NCBI RefSeq assembly: GCF_964204645.1
Contig: NC_134025.1
Coordinates: forward strand, 23,354,299 to 23,418,298
Length of the DNA stretch: 64,000 bases
Direction: 5' to 3'
DNA from: Tubulanus polymorphus
Taxonomy: Eukaryota; Animalia; Nemertea
The notes under the pieces are model-generated. The model saw only the letters and a list, made by a program, of their open reading frames with translations, was not told the origin of the DNA and ran no database searches. Of this stretch, positions 47,882 through 61,046 are shown in pieces. Each line of letters starts with the position of its first letter. The stretch's first letter is position 1. The translations under genes were made by a program, and so were the position numbers.

Positions 47882-50659
47882 TCAGTGTCTGTTTTCTTCA
47901 ATCCAGTCTAAATACGAAGCAAGTCTGGTGTAAATTCCTGGGATTCCTACAGTACCGCAAGCATTTGGTCCCCACGACACGACACCGTCTACGAACGTTT
48001 GCCCGCTTCTCACACACGTCAGCGGTCCACCAGAGTCACCCTGTTAAAGTATAGGCATTCATTTCATCATTGAGTAGTACAGGAACAGGATGCCTACACG
48101 TATATAGTTAAAGCCGGAAGCCCCTTTTTATCAATTACTTGGAGCACTGATTTTTCAAGAAAAAGAAAATGGGAAGGTGAAGGGAAGAATGAAAAACAGA
48201 AGATTTTTGTACCGATTTTTGTAGGCGTTTTAAAGTGGAAGGGAACAAGAAAAAAATGTAAATTAAAATTTTCTTTTATCATTCGAGTATTTTTCACAGA
48301 AGATCCCGAAAGGACGGCAGAAAACCAAAAATTGTGTGAAAACTGTGATGAATTTTTTCGAATGTGGGGACAAATGAAGAAAACTAACTTGTTGCAAATC
48401 ACTTGATTAAAAATAGCGAAAAAAAATAGATTTTCTTTTTTTTTTAAATTGTGATGAAAACGGGAGGACTAGGTAAGTCTTATTGATTTGCCCACATTTC
48501 ACAGGTCCACTTACAAAGCAAGCGTTGTTTCTTTGATCGCCGCCGGTACAAATTTGTGTATCAAACACCGGCTGGCGCAAGTGTTTGTTATAAGCCTGCC
48601 TGCAGCTCTCGACCGTCTGAACTCGTGTTCCTGTGTATAGTAGACGCTGACTGGTCACCCCTGAAATTCAAAGATTTGAATGAAGATATTAATAATCATT
48701 TGATCATTTGACTCATGATTTCATATGTTAGATTTCCAGAGAAAAAAATGATGATTTATTAAGAGTGTAATGCGCGTACTAACTACCAGGGCTACAAAAT
48801 TTGGAAACTATTTTAAGGTCCATGTACTCCTACTCCTAATAATTCTCTCGCGGTGTTGGCATATCGAAACGACTCTTTACATGCTTTATTGAGACGCTTC
48901 TTCTTCGATAGGGCGAAATGCTTTTCGTAAATGATAAGATACTTACCTGCGTCGGTTAATCCCCAGCCAGACACGGTGCATATCGATCCAACTGCCGGTC
49001 CGTCTCCAGAATGTGATGGTAATGTTGCCGGTTTTGTGTTTTGGTCGAAGCGTATTGGTTGGCCCAGTTTGATTATCATGATATCATTTCCTAATCGAAA
49101 GAATATTCCGAAACATGAGTTCGGACGAACAAATAAACAAACAAAAACCAAAGTGCTAGTTTTTAAAAAGGATGATCAAAAATAGCTAATTTAACCCGCG
49201 ATGTCTGCACTGTTTCATACCTGTATTCGGGCTCCTAAAACTAACGTGCTTTCTTAGATTAACTACAGGATATACTTGTCTGGCGGGCACATTTCCCGAA
49301 TAAATGATTCCCGTAGCGACTGAAAACCTGGTTACCGATCTGGAAAGATTTAATCATTTTACGAGTCAAAATACCAAAATCGTTAGGACAAATTAATTGT
49401 AGGCCTATTCATCAGCATTCCGTACGGAAGCGTCCTCTGGCATGGTGGCAGATTCGAGCCATACTAAAAATCTTTCTCGCAGCGAGAAAACCCAAAGTTT
49501 GATTTCTTGCGAGAAATTGCATTGAAATCCTTCGTCGTGTGTTTAGCCATACGGAAATATCCTTTATCAGCCGAATCAGCTACTATATAACCTGGGGACA
49601 TATTTGTAAAGAATACAAGGTTTATTCGGGTAACCCAAGTCGGAATAGACTTAGTTTTTAGAGTAACAAAAAGTTTCGGGGTTTATTCCGGATTACTAAC
49701 ACGGAATAAACTAGTTTTTTGCGGTAATTATTTCATGGCTTTACCGTATTGATTTTACCGTAGTTTATTTCGAGTTTTTTTTTCAAAGTTTTTAATAAAC
49801 CTATAGGAATTTGAACCTTCAAAATCACTGTTAACTGAGAAAACTAGCTTATTCTGACTTAGGTAACTCGGGATAAGCCTCGAAATATTTTTTTGTGATT
49901 TGGAATGTTGGAAATGTACGAACTCTTGTCCTGTGTAGCAGTGAGCCGCACACAAAATCGTAGTCGCGTCCAAAATTACTCCACCACATCGATGATTTCC
50001 ATCGAGTCTCAGAGATATCTGGTATGGGAACTGACCAATACCCGCTTCATATCCGTTGATAATTCTCCAGTTACCGCCTCCCTTGATTGATGCAGCTGAA
50101 CCCGCTCCGGCAGCTGATTAAAACATGAATGGATTTGTTAAGTTTTAAGAGCAGGAAAAGAATAAATTCGAAATCGAAGTATGAGTAAACTGGTCAGTAA
50201 CCGGTCTGTGGTTCGGTTTCACGATCGGATATTTTCACAAGCCCATCCAATTATGAAAGCTTACCAACAACAATTATGTAACTAACTAAAACAAAATTAC
50301 TTATTCAAAGCAGAGATCAGACTAAGGGCAATCGGATTAATGTAATGACTTATTTACTATTTACTACAAACTCCCTAAGTTTCCAATCATGTAATTTCGA
50401 TTGAACCAAAGATTCTGCTAGTTCGTGAGTATTTATCTATATCCGTATATCTCCCTTCGAGAGATCCCTAAGTGTATGTATTCTCTAATTTTATCCATTC
50501 TAGTTTGATTTACTTGTCTAGAATTATATCAAACCATTGACAATAAAATGTTACTTGGATTTCGAAGTCTAAGCACACCAAAATTGAGAGATTGTAATAG
50601 AAAAACCAACCATAGAGGGAATAAGCCAACAGAAGAATCCACGCCGATCCCATCGTCAT
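47882..50659 (-). CDS. Secreted S1 (trypsin/chymotrypsin-fold) serine protease, 6 exons
   Basis: Signal exon 50659-~50611 ([16 protein letters not shown]). Exon ~50113-49923 has activation site R|IING and CGG...CAAHC. Exon ~49339-49221. Exon ~49090-48947 has NDIMIIKL and CTVSGWG. Exon ~48660-48514 ends NNACF. Exon 48040-47882 reads GDSGGPL...VSWG...PGIYTRL..YLDWI*. The His/Asp/Ser triad is intact. Confidence 0.95.
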
Positions 50660-51381
50660 TTAGCAGTGAAGAGTATAATGTGAATTAACATGAGTTGAAA
50701 AGCAACATTCTTATCAATTCGATAAGAAAAACTAACAAAATTACACAAAATCCACACGAGAATCATTTGCTTTCGAATGAACAGGAAATCATTCACGTTA
50801 GGGATACCTTTTTTACACAAACATCCAATCGCCCGACGGAAAAAGAGGATTGTTTCGAAAATTCATCGTAAATTTCAGGCTGTTTATAAAGTGTATACGT
50901 GTAAATGTTTGCATAGTCGCAACATATGTGACATATGCCAGGTTGGTATCAATTTGATTAAACTATTTTGTATAAATCCACATCGCTTATTTCGTTAGAA
51001 CCATAAAAATAGTTTTCAACCTGACAATCAGAACTTTTTTTTACTTATCCTATCTTGAGATGGATGTTTGCTGACAGGGTATTATCATTGCGAAAGTGAA
51101 GTAACATCTGTATGTTTGCTAACTAGGTATTTTTCAACTTGACGCGACAGTGAAGGGACTTCTGTGAGTTGAAGTAGGGGGATTCCTTTACTCAGGATTA
51201 TCATCAGCAGTGTACCGATCATCATCTCGTAGGTGTGAATTTAGTTGAATCCGAACAGTTATCATTATCAGTAACGTCCACCATCGTTCTGTGCTTATGT
51301 CGGTCTTTCCTTTAATTGATTTACTAGAAATGATCATTCAGCCATTGATTTATTGACGGTGGCCGGGTCATTTGGGTATAA

Positions 51382-51483
51382 AGGGAGTCAGTTCAGGGAA
51401 ACATCAAAACGAGCAATTTTTGCAAAGAATAAAGTCTGTATATGAAACTTGCTCATTTTGATGTTTCGCTGGACTGACTCCCT
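51382..51483. mobile_element. Short hairpin MITE (~100 bp)
   Basis: AGGGAGTCAGTTCAGGGAAACATCAAAACGAGCAA ... TTGCTCATTTTGATGTTTCGCTGGACTGACTCCCT: ~35-bp inverted arms. Confidence 0.8.
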
Positions 51484-52063
51484 ATCAATTGAAATTGATT
51501 ACTCATTATATCATTCAGTACGATGATTTCCATTTTCCCACGGACATCGGACATCAGACATCGAACTAACGAGGTCGAATGTACCTGGTAACAAATCATA
51601 CAACACACAACTCAATTTCTTAAAGTGTAAATAATTTTCATTTTATTTCGAAAGGACAATGATGATACAAATAGGATCACAGCAATGAGTTCGTCGAATG
51701 TTCATCTCCAAGAAAACAACTTCGCTTTCCAAAAATAACCATCTGCTTCCGAAAAAGCTTCAGTTTTCTGTAATTTCACACTTTTCCAGAGGAAAACGTA
51801 CAGTCCCAGAGCAGAAATTCTTACAATAACGTTAAGTACCGGTACATCATTTATTGCACGTTAAGAAGCCTGTTGTATTCTTTTTTTGTTCGGAATGTAA
51901 CACGTGTATACGAACAATAAACGTCTTTGACAGGAATAACGGCACAACCATGAAGTGAAACGACAAACCGAGCTGACAAATTAAGCCTCGAAAGGCTTGT
52001 TACGGGTGTTACCAAAATACATTAAGAGGATGTATTTTTGGTGTTGCTTGGTCAGAATGTCTG

Positions 52064-52178
52064 GATCCGGTTCCACAGTTCTGAGCAAAGACCTGACTCA
52101 GCCTGAGTTAATTCATTGAAAATGAAATAATTTTTAACCAGCGAGTTAACTCTTACTCAAAACTGCGGAGCTAGATCC
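52064..52178. mobile_element. Short MITE (GGATCCAGTTCCACAGTT-type TIR)
   Basis: GGATCCGGTTCCACAGTT ... AACTGCGGAGCTAGATCC. A solo matching end, AACTGTGGAACTGGATCC, lies at ~14268-14285. Confidence 0.6.
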
Positions 52179-52354
52179 TTATTTTCAATGAGGAATGTGA
52201 CGCGAAATTACAACATCGTTAATCTTATTATTGAACAAATGGCTGTTGAGTGATCTTTGAATACTATACAAAACAAAAGATATCGGTGATAATTATGCAT
52301 CTACGAAGAACACACAACATGATTATTCGATCCGGCCTATCGGAATATATCTAT

Positions 52355-52514
52355 GGGGTCATTCATTTATTACGCACGCATTAGGGGAGGGGTCAGTGCA
52401 GTTGCGTACTGTAATGCTTAATTTATACGAAAAAATGGCCGATTTTGCGTACAGGGGGGGAGGGGGTGTCGAAAAATTCAAATTTTATGCGTACATAATA
52501 AATGAATGATCCCA
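52355..52514. mobile_element. Harbinger/Tourist-like MITE, copy 2
   Basis: GGGGTCATTCATTTATTA ... TAATAAATGAATGATCCC TIRs. Same family as 14664-14812. Confidence 0.82.
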
Positions 52515-54039
52515 ATTTATAAAATTGACCAAAAATCTAACACGAGATAAAATTTTGTTCTAGACTCGAGAAAAAAATGCAAAAAAGATAAGTACATTTT
52601 AATACATAAAGGTCGTAGGCATCGATTATAAACATACAGTTTAAAATTCAACTGATATTGAACAATTCAACTTAACTGGGATCGAAATTTGTTTTTCCCT
52701 CTAGGAATTGTTCTCCTCACAATGACAAGATCTCTACACGGCAAACTCAGCAGATTCTTACACAATGAAACGCATAGCAATAGATTATATAGGAATACTG
52801 GAGCTCTACTGGCAGTTAGAAAACTACTCGCTACCACGTGAAATATGTAGGATATACTGTATTGGTAGTAAATTATAATACCTCGAACATAAGTATATAA
52901 ATTCATACGCGAAACCCCGGGAAAAAATATGATGTTTGTCAGACTTCTGAAAATAAGAAAAAAAGAACACTACGAATCCAGAAAAAAAATTATTCCAAGA
53001 TACTGCACATAGAAAATTTACCCACAAGTCTTCACGACACATCGCTTTAAATGAACATTTTCGATCAGTTTTGTTAATGTTTCACTTTTGACATGAACTT
53101 CAATATTGATTGTAATTTACAAGCTTGACTTTACAGGTAAGTCAAGCTTATCTTATAATTTTTAAGAATTCAAACCCTTTCATTACAAAAAAAATTCAAC
53201 AGCCTAGGGAAAATTACCTTATCAAGAAAATCAACGTTACTGAGTCAAGTACCATGTATAAATACTGTGATGAAAAAAAAAATCAAAACACAAAATGCAC
53301 ATTCAAGATGTAACTAAGTCTCGTACTAATTCTAATCTAAACTGTTCAATAACCGTTTTTCTTTATGTAACTTAAGGCATGTATTTCCGCACAGGGCAAC
53401 TGAGTGATTAGAAAATTCTGTACATCAAAACTTAAAGAGTTTAAGAACCAAAACTACATGCGAGATCAGTTAAAAGGTGCTTTCACACACATTATGTACA
53501 TATTTGATATGGAGGAATGAACATGACTGATAGCTGATCGAGTGGAAAGGGGTGGTCTAGTGAAACATGCCGTGTTGTGTACTGGACAATATTTTAGCAT
53601 AACAAATAAGACAAATAGAAACAAATACTGCGCTCACATAATTATTGTTGATTATTTTGGAATACAGAGCAGAACCTTTACGACTAACAGAATCTAGCCG
53701 ACTAGTGTCAGCAACTGACAGAATATTACATCCAATGTGAAATCAATGAAGCCACATTTTTTCATTCCCAGTCCATAATTTAAAGTTTCGTTATATTCAA
53801 CTAAAAAGTCAAGCTTCTACCTGTATAGGCCTACAAAACTTTCAACGCGTATTCAACTTGACAAATTATCCATAAGACATATTTTGTATGCAAATAGCTA
53901 TACACGCGTGTACATATATAGATATATATATATATTTTGATTGATTTTCCACCGAGATACAAACATACAAATGTGTATTACAAACGACATTGTCATTTCA
54001 TCACGCTGCACGCTGTGTCATCCGAGATATATCTACCGC

Positions 54040-57000
54040 TCATAAATACATGCCGTTGATCAGGTAATCGGCTTCGTTCGAATTCAGCGGCCGCCCGCGT
54101 CGCAGTCGGCGTTTAACTGTTCGCAATCGACAGCCTACAATCAACAGCAACAATGCCATAATAGCCAGTCCGAGCGAAAGCGCTATCACAGCCGTCCGAC
54201 TGCCCATATCGAAAGGCGAGTGCGACTGTGAATGAATGTTATCAGCTGAAAGTTCATTAATGCCCTGGACGTCATCCAAAGCTACTTCTGGTTTGATCGG
54301 TGAACCAGACTTTATCGTATTCGCGACCGGCGGTGCATCTGTATTCACCGCCACTTCCGATTCGGGCTCATTATCTTTCTCGCGACTGTCTTTTTCATTT
54401 GTATCTTGACTCGACAATTTTTCCTTAACGACGGCGGTCATATCTTTATCGGTGTTAGGCGGCTGTTTTAGCAGCTTTGTTGACGGTTTGTTAGAATTAT
54501 CGATCTCCGCTGTCGAAGGTTTATCTGGTCGAGGTGTATCTCGATGTTCATTCGCTTTTGCATTCGTTGAACCACCACTTTCTTCTGAGATTCTTTGCTG
54601 AGATTCGGAGGATGTATCTTTAAGTTTAGTTTCTACATCAATGGAGTTGATTTTCTTGCCCGCTTTCTGTGCTAGATGAACCTTTTCTGGGATAGTTTCA
54701 GTATCTGTTTTAGTATCCTTATCTTCATCAACATCTGTCTTGCTATCGGGCTTTTTCCTTGTTTTTCCTAATGGTATACATAAAAACATCAATTGACGAA
54801 ACTATTTAAAACATTACTAAGAATATTACTAAACTGAGACAAAATTTGATGGTCTTTACACACAACTCTACTGCAGAAATATATATCAGATTGAAGCTCA
54901 CCGTGAGAAGCTTTAAGGTGTGGTGTGCTGCTAGTATCAGAGTTGACTTTCTTTCTACCTTTTACATCAGTATCTTGTACATCTGAAATTTCAGAAATGA
55001 TCGTTTAATGAAACATACAACAAATCTATAAGAATCACCCTTCATTTTTGAGAGTACATTCAATGGTATGATGAAAAGTGAATGATTAAATGTGAATTGT
55101 ACTAGCAAAATATCCTTAGGAAACAACATCTAAAGCTGAATTTCAGACATTCATTAACATTTCGAACATTTTTTAAGTGTTTAAAAAATCCAATTACGAT
55201 TGAAAAACATCCGAAACTAACTAAAAATGCAAAATTATGACAAAATTCGCTGAAATTTCAATAAATTTAGTAAATGTTTTGAACTTATAATTTACTTCCT
55301 ACGTCTACTGGTGATTTCTAATACGGTATATGATAAAATTGCGGGTGAAGACTTCTCTATCTACAATAATTCACAACTCAGCTCGACCGTCCAAACCCTG
55401 GACTTATGCATAATCCTTGATCAAATAAGGAAAGGTATTCCAGTACTCCTATTCCTTTCAAAATAGGTGCTAAATACGGTTTGTGTAAAGTCATGTGCGG
55501 ATTGCGACAAATAACCACAGTGACAACATGGAGGTACCTGGATTATACTGATAACTATTATCGTAGTAATTGCTATCCAAATCGCCGGGTTTTTTGCTAG
55601 GCGGAGGCAGACCGCCACCGACATCGTACGTGTAATCTTGATACGTGTGATAGGTCGGTTTCGTTTTCCCCAGACGCGGACGAGCGAACCGGTTGCCCGT
55701 CACCGGATTATTGCGCAACATTCCTCCGTCCTGCTGATACCGTCTGCCCGAACGCGGCACGCCGTCGTCGCTACCGCCGCCGCCAGCATCAAACATGTTA
55801 TAATATTTATCGGGGTTGTACGACTGCCGCAACACGCTGTTGGCAAATGTTTCCTGTTGGCCGGCGACCCCTCTGTCCGGTGGCTGACCATCATCCAGCG
55901 GCAGGTCATAATCGTACTTATTCTTATAAACGGAATCGTAATTTTTATAGCCGCCCGGCAGCTGACCGTAATAAGTATCATCAGGACCCCCATGGTATGT
56001 CGGTCCGTAGTTCATGCGATTATGACCGCGGCCAAATTTATTGCCGGCGTTATTACCTTTCATGTTTTTATCCGTTGCCAGCGCGTTGACTGTTTTACCA
56101 AACGTCTGTACGCGCTGTCTGCTTGCTGAGGACATCTGACTGTCATCAGTATTTGTGAATTGTCTAGGTGGCAGAGGTCGAGGCTTTCGACTCGGCTCGT
56201 CGATATCGTCGGTGATATCAGGTCGTTTTCGATTCAAACCACCGCCATCTTCTTCGTCGTTGTGCAGATAAGAACCGCCACCTATATCAGTGGACAGTTG
56301 ATCCTGATAGCGATCTCTGTCTCCTACATCCGAAGACGAATCGGCCGGATTTCTGTTGTTATCTACCGGCGTTTCTACATTCGAACTGTGCTGTCTATCC
56401 AGCTGATGCACGGCTTCACTTTTCGACTGCTCGACAATCTGTTGTTTCAATTCATTCTGACTCTCGTTATCTTCGTCTATCTCAGAATTCCTGTCACTCG
56501 ATGACGTATCATCGTTATCCATAAGATTCGTATGTTGTCTTTCACGAGCTGAATAGTCAGTGGATGGACTTTCTTTGCTCATCGTTTCGGATGTTTTTGT
56601 TGCGACGGGTTTATAATGCTGCTGCCTCACACGTGAAGGGGGTGTTTTTGGTTGTGCATCCGTTACTTCCTCATTATCATTAGGAACTTCGTCGACAAAT
56701 GGCTTCGCAGGCTCTACTTCGTTTGAAAAATTTTGCTCATACTCTAGAATAAAGCGTTGATAAATAATTTGTTAAGATTTCCCATGCCAGGTACATTATT
56801 AAAACCTTCAGAGCAACAGACAAAGTTAAGTTTTCATCTTGAACAATCGAAAGACCATGATCTAATCATAATCAAGTATTCATCTTTATTCGAGTAATTT
56901 GAATCGATTATTCATTGGAATTAACTAAAATGTCTGCAGCTCTTTCCTGAACCCTTAAATGTTACCACCATTAGTAAAAGAATAGAATACCTGCACCCTT

Positions 57001-59202
57001 GAATAAGCCCTTCGATGTCACCTAGCATCCTGCATCCTCAATCAACCATTAACACTAAAGAACATCGAAGATGTTTTGGATTTGCTCAATCTAATCATCA
57101 AATTTGTTTCTGCATTCAATGGATACTGGTTGGCAACATCAAAGGTATATTGTTCATGAAGACCATTACCAAATAGTATTATCATTATTAGATGTACCAA
57201 AAACTCATCACCGATTACATTCAAGCATATATATTCATGTAGAAAAATTATAATATTGAAGTCATTCACCTAAAGCAAATACTTAAGGTCAGTTCCAGAA
57301 TTCAGACTTAATTTAGGTCAGTTACAAAAATCTGCAGAAGAAAGACTGAAGAAAATATTGTCAGTCTGGCTCTGACCGAAATCATCGTAATAATTGGATC
57401 GCTATAGAATGCTAAACAAATTTAAAGTATCAAATTACCGGAAGTATCACAGCCTTCTTCATCGGAGCCGTCCAAGCACTGTTCTACACCATCACATTGG
57501 TCATATTGAGCTATACATGTAGGTCCGATCTCTGTATTCTTGTTCAGACACTCGAACTGGAAACGGCCACAGCTCGGCCGCACTAAAACATATCAGAAAT
57601 CATACAGGTTTTAAATGCAAGAAACCTGAAGATAGACAAGGCATAGCTAGCTCTTGTTTAAAATGGATGTAGCACTGAGAAATAGCTTCAAAGATGTGGT
57701 AACACCAAAAAGTGGAGACTGAAATAACCAGGGCCCAGTTTCACGAAGAAGTTTAAGCCTAAAACGGTTAAGCTTGAATTGTTGTCCACATTGAAAACAT
57801 GAAGTAACCAATAGCAATTACACCAAAAATTTGAGTTAAACATTTTTGTTAAACTGGTTAAACCGGGCCTAGAACTCTAACCGGGTACATTCTACAAGTA
57901 TCTTTGAAGTGAAATCTTCCCATTAGATAGTACCGGTAAGTAGATAGCTCCACTAAGAAGAAGTAATAAGGTCATGCCATACTACTCAGATATCCAGGCA
58001 ATAAAGGTTGACATACTAACTGGATATAGGACAAGCTAAATCATTAACTTTGGTTCGATAACCTTGGAAAAAGGTGATAAAGAACTTACCAAATTTTTGC
58101 TCCTCCACTGGAGCGGCTAGGGTGGGTCTTTTCTTCGATTTAGCCTTTCTAATAGTTGTTGTGGCCACCACTGGCATCACAGTCGTCGACACAACTTCCG
58201 CAGTCTTTTCTGGCAAATCTATCGCATCTTTGTTATCACCATCATCATCGATCATCGGTTTCTTATCACCATCATCATTACTATCATTATCATTTTCTTC
58301 ATCTTCTACACGTTCATCATTGGCATTTTTCTCACCGATCATTTTCAAATCGTCTTCGTGTTTGTCAGATATTGTAGGCTTCGTGGAAGTGGGTTTCTTT
58401 GTCGGTGGTCGCGGTTTCGATTCGGCAGCAGGTGTAGCAGGTGGGATCATTCGATATTCGACATCGATCGTGCTATAGGAATCATGGTCGACGAACTTGC
58501 AAACGCTCGGCTTTTGACAGTCGAATAGGTAGCAACTATGTTCGCCCTGAATGATATTTAAAAAAGTTTAACAATTAGTAGTTCGATTAGTCGACCAGAC
58601 TAATCACTGTTAATTGGAATCAATTAAGTAATTAGGGATGGAAAAATAACCCATTCACAACTATGCTTATCCCTTATCATAAAAAAAACATATAGTACAA
58701 AAATATAGAAATGCATTGACTGAGAAACAAGCTTTCAGCAGTAAAATTTCAACTCCGTACTTAAATTAATAAATCAAAAAATTTCTCATTTTCAATATCC
58801 GATGTAACTTACATCAGCTTCAAATACAGCTAAATTACATTGGTCAGTTTTACAGCACGCAGCAATGCATTGGTCTTGAGACTCTACGTGAGGCGGTCGG
58901 TCCAAAAACGAGGCGCCATTTTTCGTCGATTCATTCGTTTTGATAATCCGATGCTTTTTTACGTTGAGGATCGTGCTCGTCGGACAAGACTTAGGCACAT
59001 CATCGTTAGCAGCAGTCGTTGTAGTGGCTCTACTATCTCTTTGGAGATCGTTCAACAAATATTCGGATACTGCGTTTTTGTTTAGTTGGTCGTTGTTGCT
59101 GCTACTGTGGTGGTGGTGCCTTCGCCCGAAACTCGAGCCGTATAGGCTGCCGCAGCTCAAGAAAACCAGCAAACACAGCGACTTCATCAATTTCACATCC
59201 AT
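54040..59202 (-). CDS. LRP11: LRP11-like type I membrane protein (MANSC/MANEC + LDLa + long low-complexity stalk + TM)
   Basis: Signal peptide MDVKLMKSLCLLVFLSC. MANSC domain (IIKTNESTKNGASFL...CIAACCKTDQCNLAVF / CYLFDC...CKF). Pro/Thr/Asp-rich exon ~58.55-58.09 kb. LDLa exon ~57.58-57.44 kb (CGRFQFEC...CIAQYDQCDGVEQCLDGSDEEGC). ~1.2 kb low-complexity exon ~56.74-55.54 kb. Last exon has TM (AVIALSLGLAIMALLLLIVGC) and C-terminus EADYLINGMYL*, the LRP11/MANSC-family signature. Confidence 0.85.
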
Positions 59203-59229
59203 CGTTAGTTGATTATAGGCTTTTATCAC

Positions 59230-59610
59230 CTTTCAAATTGCATTATCAAGGCTAAAACACGCTCCAAAAACGTACCGACAACAAACCCAAAAACTGCATG
59301 AACTGTCGTGTTGTCGATCTGTCAAATCGAAACGGGTGGCTCCGAGAATATTCAAATCACTACGCGATGATCCCGTTATTCGGGAATAAAACTAACTCAA
59401 ATAATGAATTATCAAATAAAAGATAAGATTTTATGTTCCAATCTTTAAGGTATTGAGAATTTTTGCACCGCAAGAGTCTTTTTATTATTTATGCGTTGAC
59501 ATAAACCTGACTCTAAATTCCGATTCCGTGTTTTATGCTGTACCTCACTAACAAATGGCTGTCAAAAAATTTCGCTTCCTGGTTGCTGTGTAAAATTTTG
59601 ACTTTATATG
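59230..59610. promoter_or_regulatory. Probable bidirectional promoter / first-exon region for LRP11-like (-) and PPP1R14-like (+)
   Basis: The LRP11-like ATG at 59202 points left. A strong + strand donor (G|GTAAGC at ~59611) and an acceptor (TTTTCTTTGCAG at ~60988) upstream of the PPP1R14 ATG suggest a non-coding first exon ending at ~59610. Inferred from splice signals only. Confidence 0.45.
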
Positions 59611-59864
59611 GTAAGCGCTGGTAGATCATGAACGTTTTCAGTACCTTTTCGTTGGCAAGTGTGAAAAATGATAGTGAAATTTCTTAGACCGACTACATGA
59701 GTGGCTTACAATGGGACCACAAAATGCTTAGCTTTTTTTTAGTCGAGTTACATGTAATTTGTAACATTATATATGATGCCATGGGCAGTCAGCCCCTGAT
59801 ATTGCATATAACCTTTCATCTCAATCTGGAAAAAGTGAAATCCCTGTTCTTCATAGTGAAACGT

Positions 59865-60718
59865 AAGTGAATATTTGTAACACCCTGTAACACCTGTAAC
59901 GCTATAGGCCTATGAAACACTAGCAACTAAAAGTGAAAAATCTGTGAAACCCCTGTTAGTCAAAGTGAAATATGTGTAACACTATGTAACACCCTGTAAC
60001 AAGGGTGTAACAGGCTGTAAGACCATGTGAAATCCTTGTTAATGAAATATCTGTAACACTATGTTAATACCTGTAACAAGGGTGTAACAGGCTGTAACGC
60101 CCTGTAACACCATGTGAAACCCTAGTAACTAAAAGTGAAATATCTTTGATAATCAGTGAAATATGTGTAACGCTATGTAACACCCGGTAACAAGCGTGTA
60201 ACAGGCTGTAACGCCCTGTTACGCTATATGAAATGTGAAACCCTAGTAACTCAAAGTGAAATATGTGTAACACTATGTAACACCCTGTAACAAGGGTGTA
60301 ACAGGCTGTAACGCCCCGTAACGTCATGTGAAACCCTAGTAACTCAAAGTGAAATATGTGTAACGCTGTTACACCCTTGTTACAGGGTATTACATAGCGT
60401 TACACATATTTCACTTTTAGTAACAGGGGTTTCACATGGTGTTACAGGGCGTTACAGCCTGTTACACCCTTGTTACAGGGTGTTACATAGCGTTACACAT
60501 ATTTCACTTTTAGTTACAGGGGTTTCACATGGTGTTACGGGGCGTTACAGGGTGTTACAGCCTGTTACACCCTTATTACAGGGTGTTACATAGCGTTACA
60601 CTTATTTCACTTTTAGTTACAGGGGTTTCACATGGCGTTACACCTTGTTACACCCTTGTTACAGGGTGTTACATAGCGTTACACAAATTTCACTTTGACT
60701 TACAGGGGTTTCAGACTG
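59865..60718. repeat. Foldback-type long inverted repeat made of tandem ~95-100 bp units with ~10-11 bp GTAAC subrepeats
   Basis: Left arm (TGTGAAACCC..AAAGTGAAATATGTGTAAC..ATGTAACACCCTGTAACAAGGGTGTAACAGGCTGTAAC)n runs to ~60365. Orientation then flips to (GTTAC...TTTCACTTT...GGGGTTTCAC)n up to ~60714. Confidence 0.93.
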
Positions 60719-61046
60719 TTACTGCATTAGGATATTTGCATTCTTTGACAGTTTTGCAAAGTAGATTATATGAGGTTACATCGCAAAAATATCCTTTTGG
60801 CTTTCCAAAAATGAAGTACGACCTAATGTTACATGTTACTTGTAACTTGATGAGAAGTTAAGCATTTCTCTGTCCCATTTTAAGCCTTATATAACCGACT
60901 AGAAAGATTGAAGAATTAGCTTTAATATCACTCTTCTCTTTTTTTGTGAAAATATGAGACTTTTTGAAATAGACAATTTTCTTTGCAGGTTTGAATATAT
61001 TTACGTGGTTTATTGTTGAGAAAAAGAAGCAAGTTAGAGTTTATAT

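Noticed and set aside
55638-59212. Several + strand ORFs of 70-160 aa overlapping the LRP11-like gene
   Set aside because: Antisense shadows of GC-richer coding exons; no independent splice or domain evidence.
60064-60861. Repetitive ORFs 60064-60327 (-) and 60529-60861 (+)
   Set aside because: Translations of the two arms of the foldback repeat; no protein-like features.
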